Shown here in pieces: positions 20,715 to 30,614 of a DNA stretch of 64,000 bases. The position numbers and the translations under genes were made by a program. The stretch is from positions 62,001 to 126,000 of the IMG/VR virus record IMGVR_UViG_3300041402_000314; one strand, given 5' to 3'. Positions within the stretch are counted from its first letter, which is position 1. Each line of letters opens with the position of its first letter. The notes below the pieces were generated by a model. It did no database searches, had not been told where the DNA came from, and saw only the letters and a program-made list of their open reading frames with translations.

Positions 20715-20721
20715 GATATAG

Positions 20722-20819
20722 CTCCTTATAAATAGTTGTGGAAGGACAGCAAGTAGATAGCTCCACTTGTTTTGGATTGAGGTGAGAGTCAATCCAATTA
20801 CTTCCTATAATTATTTATA
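20722..20819 (-). repeat. Structured cassette, copy 2 (leader of the T5orf172-type gene)
   Basis: Same architecture as 13198; TATAAATA inward-facing at both ends; hairpins AGCAAGT/ACTTGTT and TTGGATTGA/TCAATCCAA. Confidence 0.85.
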
Positions 20820-20834
20820 CATTCTAAAAAGAAC

Positions 20835-20863
20835 TTGACAAGTAAAATAAAATTTGATATAAT
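20835..20863 (+). promoter_or_regulatory. Sigma70-type promoter for the ligase
   Basis: TTGACA-N17-TATAAT. Confidence 0.8.
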
Positions 20864-20893
20864 ATGTTAATTAAAAAGTTGAGGAGAACAACT

Positions 20894-22735
20894 ATGAATA
20901 CTGAAAGGATCGAAGAACTAGAAAGAGAAATAGAAAAACACAATCATTTATATTGGGAGAAAAATGAACCTATCATAAATGATGAAAGTTATGATGTATT
21001 ACTCCAAGAGCTACTGACAATATACCCAGATAGTCATATCTTCACTACCTTAGAGGAACAGAAATCTATCGAACCCCAAAATAAGTATGTACATTCAGAC
21101 CCTATGCTGTCCCTTGAGAAATTCTATAGCGTAAAAGAAGTCATTACATGGATGAAGAAGATAGGTAGATCACCCCACGAACTCTTCAAAATGGAACTCA
21201 AACTCGATGGTATTTCTGGTCGCCTAGAGAATGGTAATCTTGCGACTAGGGGAGATGGTCGAGTCGGTGAGAATCATACATCTAAAATTCCTTTCATAGA
21301 ATTCAAGGTAGCTTCAGATAAAACAATCTGTGAAACTGTTGATTGTACTATCAATGGTGAGATCATTATAACGGATAAGTTCTTTGAAGATAATCTTAAG
21401 GGAGAATTCAAGAATTCGAGAAATGCTGTTGCTGGTCTGATGGGTAGAAAGCGTCCTGAAGAGATCGAAGGAATGGGAGTTACTTTCGTTGATTTTGATT
21501 ATGATAAAATCCAACATACAGGAAATGTCGATGCCTTTGAAATCGGATGGGATGATCTGGTAAAAAATCTTACTTCAAAGGGATTTCCTTTTGATGGTAT
21601 CGTAATCAAATTGGCTGATACTGACTACTACAAGCTGTTGGGCAATAAAACCAAAAGTCCTAGAGGTGCTATAGCGTTTAAGTTCGCTAATAAGAAGGGA
21701 ATTACCCCTGCTACAGAGATTACAGCCCAAGTAAGTAGGAAGGGTAAGCTTACTCCTGTTGCCGAACTAGAGCCTATTGAGTTGGCTGGTGTTACGATAT
21801 CCAGAGCTACGTGTCATAATTTTAAGTTCGTTAAGGACATGGGCATAGGAAAAGGTTCTGTTGTTGTAATTGAAAGAGCAGGAGATGTGATACCAAAAAT
21901 CACGAGCGTTGTCAAAGGTAAAATTGATGATGTTATATTCCCAACAAATTGTCCCTGTTGTGACACACCAACTGAATTTAATGGTGTAGACCTATGTTGC
22001 CCTAACACTACATGCCCAGACCGTCTGATAGAGCATCTGGCTTTCATGGCTAAAACCATTGGTATCGATGAGCTTGGCAGACCGACTGCCGAGAAAATAT
22101 ATAATTATTATGTGGAATCCACTCATAATAAAACAAATATTTTTAGATTAAATTCCATATCATATGAAGATATTCTTTCTTTAGAAGGGTATGGTGAGAA
22201 GAGTGCTAAGACACTTTATGGTAATATCCAGAACGCATTGAAAAATATCAATGAAATAGATTTTTTGGCTTCTTTTGGTATATCTGGATGGGGTAAGACT
22301 ATGGCAGACAAAGCCCTTACCAAAGCTGGTAGCCTAGATAATCTTCTCAAAATGAATAAAGAAGAATTGACTTCTATTGAAGGAATCGGAGAAATAATGG
22401 CCGAAAATCTAATAAATGGCGTTAAAGAACAATGTATACGATTAGTTCATGCTGATTATACTACCTTCATTGTCGAACCTACCAAAGAACACAATAACAT
22501 AGTAGATGGACAACACGAAAACATAGTAAAGTATACAATCTGTTTCACTGGTAAATTAGAAAATCCGAGGAAATTCTATGAAAATATTGCTAAAGAAAGA
22601 GGGATGAAACCTACTTCTTCTGTAAATAAAGACTTGAACATATTGATTACTGCTGATAAGAACAGCGTATCCAGTAAAATGAAAAAAGCTGAAAAATTAG
22701 GTATAGAGATTTTATCTTTAGAGGAATGGCTATAA
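20894..22735 (+). CDS. ligA: NAD-dependent DNA ligase
   Basis: HNHLY...D..YD, PMLSLEK, KLDG, TRGDGRVGE, RNAVAG, DGIVIK, AIAFKF, RAGDVIP, Zn finger, HhH, BRCT. Confidence 0.96.
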   Translation: MNTERIEELEREIEKHNHLYWEKNEPIINDESYDVLLQELLTIYPDSHIFTTLEEQKSIEPQNKYVHSDPMLSLEKFYSVKEVITWMKKIGRSPHELFKMELKLDGISGRLENGNLATRGDGRVGENHTSKIPFIEFKVASDKTICETVDCTINGEIIITDKFFEDNLKGEFKNSRNAVAGLMGRKRPEEIEGMGVTFVDFDYDKIQHTGNVDAFEIGWDDLVKNLTSKGFPFDGIVIKLADTDYYKLLGNKTKSPRGAIAFKFANKKGITPATEITAQVSRKGKLTPVAELEPIELAGVTISRATCHNFKFVKDMGIGKGSVVVIERAGDVIPKITSVVKGKIDDVIFPTNCPCCDTPTEFNGVDLCCPNTTCPDRLIEHLAFMAKTIGIDELGRPTAEKIYNYYVESTHNKTNIFRLNSISYEDILSLEGYGEKSAKTLYGNIQNALKNINEIDFLASFGISGWGKTMADKALTKAGSLDNLLKMNKEELTSIEGIGEIMAENLINGVKEQCIRLVHADYTTFIVEPTKEHNNIVDGQHENIVKYTICFTGKLENPRKFYENIAKERGMKPTSSVNKDLNILITADKNSVSSKMKKAEKLGIEILSLEEWL

Positions 22736-23164
22736 TGAACCCATTTTTAGTTGGTTATATCGGTATGATTGGTTTCTTCTTGTCTCATGCAGTGGCTAGA
22801 GCTGCTTATGATTGTGGAAAAGAACAGCAATATGAAATGCCTTTTATTCCACAATACCACCAGAATCCATCTGGGATGATTGAATCTGAAATGAGAATGG
22901 AAACATACGTAGCAGAACAACATATTCCAATGAATATGGTAATGATGGCATCTTCTGAAGATATGAGAAATCAAATGATAGATGCTGTTAAAAGAGATTT
23001 GGAATATACTATTTTTGATGGTTTAAAATCATATATTAAAATCGAAGAAATGTATTATCGTGATAAAGAAGACCCACCTTTCCCTTGTAAAACATTTCGA
23101 GCAAGTATAAGGGTAGCTAAAGATGAATATTAATAAAAAAACTAAAAGAGGAGATAAAAAAAGT

Positions 23165-23416
23165 ATGATTGATAAGGAAAAGTTTCAACAGTTGGCGGAT
23201 GCGATAGAACAGTTAGAAAGTGAGAAGAAGGAGCTGGCGGAAGAAGTAAAAGATAAGATCGCTATGGCAGCTCAAGAGGGTAATGCTGATAAGAAAGCTC
23301 TCGCCAAGGCGGTAAAAGAGTATCTTCGTTATAAAAAGGACACTCAGACTTACATCGCGGAGGACCTTGAAGTCTCGAATATCCTCGTATCGGTCATCAA
23401 GGAATTCCAAGACTAA
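23165..23416 (+). CDS. DsbA/GapR (DUF2312)-like dsDNA-binding protein
   Basis: IEQLESEKKELAEEVKD...A...G.DKKAL...VK. Confidence 0.7.
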   Translation: MIDKEKFQQLADAIEQLESEKKELAEEVKDKIAMAAQEGNADKKALAKAVKEYLRYKKDTQTYIAEDLEVSNILVSVIKEFQD

Positions 23417-23440
23417 AATACAATTGAATAGATCGAATAG

Positions 23441-23466
23441 AGAGGGAGCCGTTTGGCTCCTTTTTT
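23441..23466 (+). terminator. Intrinsic terminator
   Basis: GGAGCC-GTTT-GGCTCC followed by a T run. Confidence 0.8.
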
Positions 23467-24079
23467 ATTGTCGTTTTTCCTTGACATTCATATTTACCTG
23501 TGATAAGCTGTACTCATAATCAATTGAAACACTAAAAGGAGACTGAAAATGAAAGTTATTTTTGACCCAAAAGATATGGAAAATGTAAGAGACCTCATTA
23601 GTGATAGGGCAAGGGTTAAGCTTAATGATGAACAGCTCAAAGAATTCATATTCAATAAGCTTTCTAGTCATACGATAGGTGATATAGTAGCTTGCGATGG
23701 ATATTGTGGCGATACGGTAACTCGTGAATATGTTATGGACGACTTCGTAAAATCTCTTCTCGGTAAATCCGAAACGTGGCCTATAAATGGTGATGGAGAA
23801 GAGATTTTCCAAATCTTTGTTAAGAAGTTAGATGAAGCGATGAAGAAGAAAGGATATGAGCCAAAAGAATAGGGAGATCGTCATGAAAAGGAAAGTAGTA
23901 TTACAGCCAATAACTGTTCCTGCTGGTGATTATTGTTGGGAATTTAAAGTTATGGGTAGTTGTCAATATTTCAATAATGAAGGCGGACATTCAAAATGTG
24001 AATTAGGATTTTACCCATTAAAAGATAGTGGGGTTGGGGTCATAAAAGCTAATGAATGTTTTCATTTAAAAGAAAGTTC

Positions 24080-24108
24080 TTGACAAACGAATCGAAATTT
24101 AGTATAAT
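24080..24108 (+). promoter_or_regulatory. Sigma70-type promoter
   Basis: TTGACA-N17-TATAAT. Confidence 0.8.
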
Positions 24109-24678
24109 GTTGATATTAAATAATAAAGGAGAGTTTATTATGTACGCTGAAAATGAAGAATGTATCGAAGCGTTGGATAAGCTATTAGAAGAAGAAAAGT
24201 TAGCCGTACTATTTGATGAAGCGGTTAATCTCGATTTAAGAAATAAGATAGCGAATATTCTTTTTAATGCTGGAGTTAAACCAACGTATTCTCATGGTAT
24301 CTGCGGAAGCTCAACATGCGGATATGGTATGTTGGATGAGTATGGATATTGGCAATTTCCAGTATCAAAACAATTATTTGAGGAGAAATAAAAATGAAAT
24401 TTACGACAGAATTGAACGATAATAAAGCGAAAAGCAGTGAAGGTCGCTGGCGGAAATGTTGCGGAACTCATGCTAAAGGTCTCAATACAATAGAAAATGA
24501 TAATGCGCCAACGACATATCAGATTTATTGTAAGGAGTGTAATACTACTACCGCACCATATGAGACAACCCAAGAAGCGAGTTATGCTTGGAATAATAAA
24601 ATTCTGATGTAACGAATATGCTTGACAAATAAAATCAGTTTTGATACAATGTATTTGTAAGTGAGAAAAGGAGATGGA

Positions 24679-25245
24679 ATGAGAAACAACGAAATTATTA
24701 AAAAGGCTATTGAGTTTGCTAGGAAATTCCATGAAGGTCAACCATATTCGGATGTTTATGGCTATATAAGGCATCTTGAAATGGTCTATGATGTTCTGGT
24801 TAGGTTTGGCTTCAGGGAAGTAGTTATACTGGCCTCTTCTTGGTTACATGATATTATAGAAGATACTATAGTTTCTTATCAGACTGTTAAAATAGAATTT
24901 GGATTTGATATTGCTGAAGCGGTCTATGGTGTTACTGATGAACTTGGTAGGAACAGGAAAGAGAGGAAAGCTAAGACCTATCCTAAGATAAGGGCGAATA
25001 TAAACTCTCTTATACTCAAGTTGGCTGATCGGATAGCTAATGTAGAGTTCGGTGCTAGTGGTGTATTCGGAGACCCATCTAAAACAAAGATGTATCGGAA
25101 GGAGCAAGCTGAGTTCGAGGAAGCATTAGGATTTAATGAACTATCTGAGAAATTCAGTAAAGGTGCTTATGATAGTGAGGAAGAAAAAGAAGTGGATAAA
25201 AAGATTTTAGCAATGTGGTTACATTTGAGAGAACTACTAAAATAA
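24679..25245 (+). CDS. Stand-alone RelA/SpoT-type HD hydrolase (small alarmone hydrolase-like)
   Basis: FA..FHEGQ.Y...YIRHL..V, WLHDIIEDT, VTD, KLADRIAN; promoter TTGACA 24622 / TACAAT 24645. Confidence 0.85.
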   Translation: MRNNEIIKKAIEFARKFHEGQPYSDVYGYIRHLEMVYDVLVRFGFREVVILASSWLHDIIEDTIVSYQTVKIEFGFDIAEAVYGVTDELGRNRKERKAKTYPKIRANINSLILKLADRIANVEFGASGVFGDPSKTKMYRKEQAEFEEALGFNELSEKFSKGAYDSEEEKEVDKKILAMWLHLRELLK

Positions 25246-25529
25246 TAAAGGAGAGGAGAATAAAATGAAATTGATTGAAAAGGCTGGTATGAGTTTTGGT
25301 ATATTGGGTGTGTTGGTAGTGGTAGGTTTAATACTATCACTGGCAGGGTTGTCTTTTTACGGTATATACCTAGCATTTAGCGCAAGTATCATTCTTGGTA
25401 TTATTGCGCTGTTCGTTCAACCATCACCATTTGTATTTGGTGTATGTATGGTTTTCGGAAAGAACATACCTGAAATAATTCAGGCATGGGCTGACTTTCC
25501 TATCTAAAAGTTAAAACTGGAGGTGTACT

Positions 25530-25814
25530 ATGAGTCAACAAAGAAAGTGTAACCATTGTGGTGTAAGGTTTAGAAAGAGTCATAGATGTAGTGTAGTAAA
25601 TAGGACTATTGATGACAGTTGTATCGAGGATTTCATTTTGGTTGCTGTTGTACTAGATTCTCTCATGTCTGAGGATTCTTGCGAAAGCTCATCTTATGAC
25701 AGCGGTGGAAGCTCATCTTATGACAGCGGAAGCTCATCATATGATGGTGGAAGTAGCTCATCTTATGACAGCGGAAGCAGCGATTCTGGCGGTGGCGATT
25801 GCGGTGGCGATTAA
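25530..25814 (+). CDS. Small Zn-finger protein with Ser/Gly/Asp low-complexity tail
   Basis: CNHC...HRC; tail encoded by four AGCTCATC(T/A)TATGA repeats (SSSYD). Confidence 0.7.
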   Translation: MSQQRKCNHCGVRFRKSHRCSVVNRTIDDSCIEDFILVAVVLDSLMSEDSCESSSYDSGGSSSYDSGSSSYDGGSSSSYDSGSSDSGGGDCGGD

Positions 25815-25857
25815 TACCCTTAGACTGAAAGAAAACAATTAAAACTGGAGGTGTATT

Positions 25858-26655
25858 ATGAATAGAAGAGTTGAACTACTACTGATCGACCCACAGAATG
25901 ATTTCTGTGATAAAAATGGGAGTCTGTTTGTACCCGGAGCTGATGAAGATTCTCTCCGACTGGCAACCATGATCGAGAGGATAAAGAATAAAATTTATAA
26001 TATCCATGTTACCCTCGATACCCACCACTATCTGGATATAGCTCATCCGATGTTCTGGACGAACTCAGAGGGCAGTCATCCACAACCATTTACGCTAATA
26101 TCCAAGCAGGATATCGCTGATGGGACATGGAGAACTACCAATCCTGCGGAACAGGATTACGGTAAGCAGTATATCGAAACTCTTGAAGCAAACAATCGTT
26201 ATCTGCTTTGTATCTGGCCTCCGCACTGCCTAATCGGTACATGGGGTCATAATGTGGTAGAACCTGTTGCAAATGCCGTTATGGAATGGGAAAAACGCTA
26301 TAGGTTCGTAGATTACGTTACAAAGGGTAGTAACTATAAGACTGAACATTATAGTGCTGTTCAGGCCGAAGTACCTGACCCTGAAGACCCATCTACACTG
26401 ATCAATACACCGTTTATCGAGACGCTTGAAGAAGCAGATATAATCGGTATATCTGGACAAGCTCTTAGCCATTGTGTAGCGAATACGGTAACGGATATCG
26501 CTGATCAATTCGGTGACGATAATATCAAGAAGCTTGTGCTGCTTGAGGATACCACATCTCCAGTACCTACTTTCGAGGGTCTTGGAGAAGATTTCCTCAA
26601 GGATATGAAGGCGAGAGGTATGCAGGTAGCGAGGTCAACAGACTTTTTAGCATAA
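25858..26655 (+). CDS. pncA: Nicotinamidase/isochorismatase-family hydrolase
   Basis: IDPQNDFC, L.VPGA, DTH, H, WPPHC, KG, SHCV. Confidence 0.85.
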   Translation: MNRRVELLLIDPQNDFCDKNGSLFVPGADEDSLRLATMIERIKNKIYNIHVTLDTHHYLDIAHPMFWTNSEGSHPQPFTLISKQDIADGTWRTTNPAEQDYGKQYIETLEANNRYLLCIWPPHCLIGTWGHNVVEPVANAVMEWEKRYRFVDYVTKGSNYKTEHYSAVQAEVPDPEDPSTLINTPFIETLEEADIIGISGQALSHCVANTVTDIADQFGDDNIKKLVLLEDTTSPVPTFEGLGEDFLKDMKARGMQVARSTDFLA

Positions 26656-26664
26656 ACAGTTTAT

Positions 26665-26781
26665 GGGAGAGTGGCGAAATTGGTAAACGCATCCTTATTA
26701 GGTCTGATACTCTTGCTGATAAGTTAGGACTGAACAGGATGGTGAGCAAGCACTTTGTAGGTTCGATTCCTACCTCTCCCA
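26665..26781 (+). tRNA. tRNA-Leu(UAG)-like gene with ~31-nt insertion in the anticodon loop; CCA not encoded
   Basis: Acceptor GGGAGAG/CTCTCCC + A73; Leu-type D arm GGCGAAATTGGTAAACGC; long variable arm; T arm GTAGG-TTCGATT-CCTAC; ATCCT/AGGAT encloses 40 nt. Confidence 0.7.
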
Positions 26782-26796
26782 ACATAATTTAAGTTT

Positions 26797-26902
26797 GGTA
26801 GGTAGGGCGATAATCGGAGAAAACTCTTTAATGATATTCGCCCCTGATTGAAGGTTTGAGAGTGAGCGGTTTAAATGACCTATCCGATTGCCCTACACTA
26901 TC
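26797..26902 (+). ncRNA. Putative ~105-nt structured RNA downstream of the tRNA
   Basis: Closing stem GGTAG-GTAGGGC-AATCGGA / TCCGATT-GCCCTAC-CTATC; GC-richer than surroundings; no ORF. Confidence 0.5.
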
Positions 26903-26943
26903 GATTAAAAAGAATAAAATAAAAGAATAGAGGAGGTAATAAA

Positions 26944-27321
26944 GTGAAAAGATTAATTAGTATAGTAATATTGTTGTTTTTATGTGTAGGATGTACCGAT
27001 GCTGACGTTGCATCAAGGAATTTGGCTAAGTCTGCTGACATGTTTGAGTTAGAGCGTAGGATAGTTTTTTATGATGCCATCCAAGGTGTCTATCTGCTGT
27101 CAATAGAGGGAAGATGTTCAATAGAAGTTAGGACAGCAAAGCTATCAGTGACATGTAAAACAAGTGAGACTGGTTATAAGAAGCACCATCTTGGATTATC
27201 GGATAATGTCACCTTCTTTTCGGAGCAGTTAAAATCGGCAAATGTTGGCGTTTACAATTATCGAGTAATTTTTAAGCCTGAAGTTTTAATCCCGAATATA
27301 GACTTAGAAACAAGCAGATAA
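26944..27321 (+). CDS. Conserved phage lipoprotein
   Basis: Lipobox CVGC after a signal peptide; ADVASRNL..SADMFE.RRIVFY...EGRCS...YKKH.LGLSDNVT. Confidence 0.8.
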   Translation: MKRLISIVILLFLCVGCTDADVASRNLAKSADMFELERRIVFYDAIQGVYLLSIEGRCSIEVRTAKLSVTCKTSETGYKKHHLGLSDNVTFFSEQLKSANVGVYNYRVIFKPEVLIPNIDLETSR

Positions 27322-27363
27322 CTTACGACCCTTAATAAAATAAAAGAATAATGGAGGTGTATC

Positions 27364-28092
27364 ATGAATGAAGACATGGATTTTAACATACCAATAGTCG
27401 GTGGTGGAGCATTTAATTTCTCTGCTACTAAGCCTGAGGTTTTAGGTGCGACAGAATATACGATTGTAACTCTTGTTGTGGACATATCAGGAAGTGTAAT
27501 ACCGTTTTCGAATGAACTGCTTGAGACAGTAAAGAGTGTAGTCACCGCCTGTCAAAAGAGTCCGAGAGCAGAAAATTTACTTTTCAGATTAATATCGTTT
27601 AATGATACTGTGATGGAGGTTCATGGATTTGTTCAATTGAATGGAATCAAAGCGGATGATTATCAAGCCCTCCAGTGTGGCGGAAGAACTGCTTTGTTTG
27701 ATGCGGTTCATGAGGCCATAGGCGCAACAATTTCGTATGGTCAAAGATTGATCGATCAAGATTTTGACGCGAACGCAATTGTATTCGTAGTTACTGACGG
27801 GCTAGATTGGGGTTCTACTATGACACCAAGAACTATCAAAGACCTTGTTGATAAGGCGGTGATCGGGGAACAATTGGAAAGTCTGACCACAATTCTTGTT
27901 GGTGTAAACGCAGATGATTGTGAGGATGCATTGGAGAGGTTTGTGAAGGAAGCTAACCTTTCACAATTCATAAACATAGGAGATGTGACACCACAGAAAT
28001 TGGCTAAATTGGCTCAGTTTGTTTCGAAGTCAATTTCATCAACATCACAGTCTCTCGGCACTGGCGGAGCAAGTCAGCAACTAATCTTTTAA
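27364..28092 (+). CDS. vWA (TerY-like) domain protein
   Basis: MIDAS DISGS, GGRTALFDA, VVTDG, ILVGV. Confidence 0.88.
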   Translation: MNEDMDFNIPIVGGGAFNFSATKPEVLGATEYTIVTLVVDISGSVIPFSNELLETVKSVVTACQKSPRAENLLFRLISFNDTVMEVHGFVQLNGIKADDYQALQCGGRTALFDAVHEAIGATISYGQRLIDQDFDANAIVFVVTDGLDWGSTMTPRTIKDLVDKAVIGEQLESLTTILVGVNADDCEDALERFVKEANLSQFINIGDVTPQKLAKLAQFVSKSISSTSQSLGTGGASQQLIF

Positions 28093-28102
28093 TCTTCCAT
28101 TC

Positions 28103-28135
28103 AAAAATGGGAGGGCTTCGGCTCTCCCATTTTTT
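28103..28135 (+). terminator. Intrinsic (possibly bidirectional) terminator
   Basis: AAAAATGGGAGGGC-TTCG-GCTCTCCCATTTTT. Confidence 0.85.
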
Positions 28136-28137
28136 CC

Positions 28138-28166
28138 TTGACTTCCTATCTTCCTTTTGTTATAAT
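28138..28166 (+). promoter_or_regulatory. Sigma70-type promoter for the pncB-like operon
   Basis: TTGACT-N17-TATAAT. Confidence 0.75.
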
Positions 28167-28197
28167 GTGTTCATAATCTAATAAAGGAGATAAACCA

Positions 28198-29604
28198 ATG
28201 AAAGAATTTTTACTTTTAAAAAATGACTATTATCAGTTAAGCATGTGTGTGGCCTATATTTTATTAGACCAAGCAAATCAAAAAGCAGGGTTCGAGGGTT
28301 TTGTCCGTAGAATCAATTCCAAAATCAATCCAGACCAAGATTTATATTACTTCGGTGGTAATAAAGAGGCTAACGAGCTTCTGGAAACTGCTAAAACCGA
28401 GATTCAAGACCCTGAATTTCTGGAGACCTTTATATCATTAGTCGAGACTAAACTTCCTGAAGATAAGAGAGACCTCTATATACGTCTCATAAGAGATAAA
28501 TGGGAATATCTGGATAAGGATTTTCATTATACTGTCTATCCTGAGAACGCCAAATTGTTTCCATATGTTCCTGCTGTACAATTCTATGGCGCAAAATGGA
28601 TAGGTCAACTTCTGGAAACTCCATTAATAAATACAATCAATGGTAAAACTGGTTTCAATACTTTAGATCGTCTGGATGGTTTTGATAGTGAAGAAGAGAA
28701 AGATTATTTAAAAACTATCATGGGCGGAAATTTCCAGAATAATAATTCATACTTCAATACGTATAGACAAGAATTATCTATACGAGCTAAAGAATATAGA
28801 GATTCTACCAGCAAGATGTTATTTGAAGCTGGTTATAGACGAGCATGTGGATTTGATGCTTCTTGGTTAGCTACTCAAATAGCTTTAACTGAAGGATGGG
28901 ATGGTACTAGCAATACCTCCATCATGTTCGACAATCGTACATGGACAGATTATACTACTGAAGAAAAGCGACTCGTTAAGATAGGTGGAACCATAGCACA
29001 TAGTTTTATAATGAGCCATCCGACTCAATTAGAAGCCCTCTTCAATTGGAATTTAATATATCCAAATAGCACCATATTATCATGTACTTATGATGTCATG
29101 GAATGTTTGGAACTGATGATAAAATATAACATCAAACCAGCAATGGTTCGTATTGATGTGAATCCATTGGCTGATTTAGCTAGACAGGTTAGGGATAGGT
29201 TAGATTCTGTCGGGTGGTCTGATGTTAAAATATTCCTATCTGGTGACTTAACTCCAGAGAAATTGAGAAAATTTGAAGAAGATGGAGTACCCTTCGATGC
29301 ATGTATGGCGGGAACCTCTTATGTTAACGTAGGCGGAACTGATAAGGTCAATGCTGAATTTGTCTATAAGCTGGTTGAATTCGAGAAGGATGGGAAGACT
29401 TTTTATCCTGAGAAGAAAGCCAATGGGAAGGATAGTAAGGCTGGATTGAAATATGTAGAATATAGTAAATATAGAAAGACTTTAGATGTGACCTCCCATA
29501 AAACAGAAAATGTTATGGATTTTGAAATAAAAAAGACATGGATGGGTTTTTGGGGTCTTACTGAAAATAACGAAATAGAAGAAGTGAGGTTTATAAATGA
29601 TTAA
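28198..29604 (+). CDS. pncB: Nicotinate phosphoribosyltransferase-like (divergent PncB)
   Basis: LLKNDYYQLSM, QLLET..IN, FEAGYRRA, GTSN, GTIAHSFI, TYD, VRID, SGDL, VYKLVE. Confidence 0.8.
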   Translation: MKEFLLLKNDYYQLSMCVAYILLDQANQKAGFEGFVRRINSKINPDQDLYYFGGNKEANELLETAKTEIQDPEFLETFISLVETKLPEDKRDLYIRLIRDKWEYLDKDFHYTVYPENAKLFPYVPAVQFYGAKWIGQLLETPLINTINGKTGFNTLDRLDGFDSEEEKDYLKTIMGGNFQNNNSYFNTYRQELSIRAKEYRDSTSKMLFEAGYRRACGFDASWLATQIALTEGWDGTSNTSIMFDNRTWTDYTTEEKRLVKIGGTIAHSFIMSHPTQLEALFNWNLIYPNSTILSCTYDVMECLELMIKYNIKPAMVRIDVNPLADLARQVRDRLDSVGWSDVKIFLSGDLTPEKLRKFEEDGVPFDACMAGTSYVNVGGTDKVNAEFVYKLVEFEKDGKTFYPEKKANGKDSKAGLKYVEYSKYRKTLDVTSHKTENVMDFEIKKTWMGFWGLTENNEIEEVRFIND

Positions 29605-30445
29605 AAATATCGATAGTTTTATGACCATAGGCAATTCCCATGAGGTATGTGAAGATTATATCTATTCCTCTTTCGGAGTAGACCCTTATATTATTCTGTC
29701 AGATGGTTGTTCCAGTTCCAATAATACTGATGTGGGAGCAAGGGTTCTAGTTCACTCAGCAAGGAACATATTGAATCGGTTCATATATAAAACTGGTATG
29801 CCTATTAATGCCGATACAATGGGTGATATGATAGCAAATGAAGCAGATGAGACAATCAAGAAAATGGGATTGAATACTTCGGCTCTGGATGCTACTCTAA
29901 TCATAGCATATCGACTCAAAAATAAGATCGTAATCAATGTCTTCGGTGATGGTAATGTCATATTAAAGAAGAAAGACGGAACCACGAAAATATATAATTA
30001 CCAGTATGCCAATAATATGCCTTATTATCTATCTTACTATGTCGATGCTGGAAGGCAGAACCAATATTGTAGGGAGATGTTCGATGTTGATGAAGGCGGT
30101 AAGACCATGACCACAAATCTTCTTCGTCTTAATAATGACCCTGCCTTGAGGGATTATCATGAATATTCTCATGAAGATTTTGTTAAGATACCCACTTTCG
30201 TTCTTCCTATCGAAGAATATGCAATGATAGGTATAGCATCTGATGGAATAGAGTCTTTCGGTAATCCTGTTAGTGGCCTTAGAAAAGACCATTATGTTGT
30301 ATTGGAGGAGCTAACAGCCTTTAAAGGGACTGTTGGAGAGTTCCTTAAGAGAAGGTGCAAGAGAGCTATCAAGAACTATAAGAAAGAAGGGATAGAGCAT
30401 TATGATGATGTGTCTATCGGAGTAATGTTGATAGGAGATGAATGA
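29597..30445 (+). CDS. PP2C-like protein phosphatase
   Basis: GNSHEVCEDY, SDGCSS, ATL, GDG, SDGI, DDVS. Confidence 0.85.
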   Translation: MIKNIDSFMTIGNSHEVCEDYIYSSFGVDPYIILSDGCSSSNNTDVGARVLVHSARNILNRFIYKTGMPINADTMGDMIANEADETIKKMGLNTSALDATLIIAYRLKNKIVINVFGDGNVILKKKDGTTKIYNYQYANNMPYYLSYYVDAGRQNQYCREMFDVDEGGKTMTTNLLRLNNDPALRDYHEYSHEDFVKIPTFVLPIEEYAMIGIASDGIESFGNPVSGLRKDHYVVLEELTAFKGTVGEFLKRRCKRAIKNYKKEGIEHYDDVSIGVMLIGDE

Positions 30446-30614
30446 TGGATATACCAATAACTGATATATTTAAAAAGATTAGTTCTAAAGACAAACGTTT
30501 AGAAATATATTATGATATAGCATCTGAGAGAGTTATAATTAGACATGATAATGCTGCATGGAACTATCCTACCTTTGAAGAGGCTATTGCTGGATTAATA
30601 GGGAGTTATATTAA

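Noticed and set aside
22712-22735. Ligase C-terminal LEEWL as a sixth LQxExDxWL motif
   Set aside because: It is the ordinary BRCT terminal helix and lacks the LQ and D positions.
25686-25780. Short direct repeats as a possible CRISPR array
   Set aside because: The repeats are adjacent, in frame and lack unique spacers; they encode the SSSYDSG tail. No CRISPR array or cas gene is visible in the window.
26665-26781. tmRNA or selenocysteine tRNA
   Set aside because: It has a full Leu-type D arm and a 7-bp acceptor without G3:U70, no tag ORF and no UCA anticodon.
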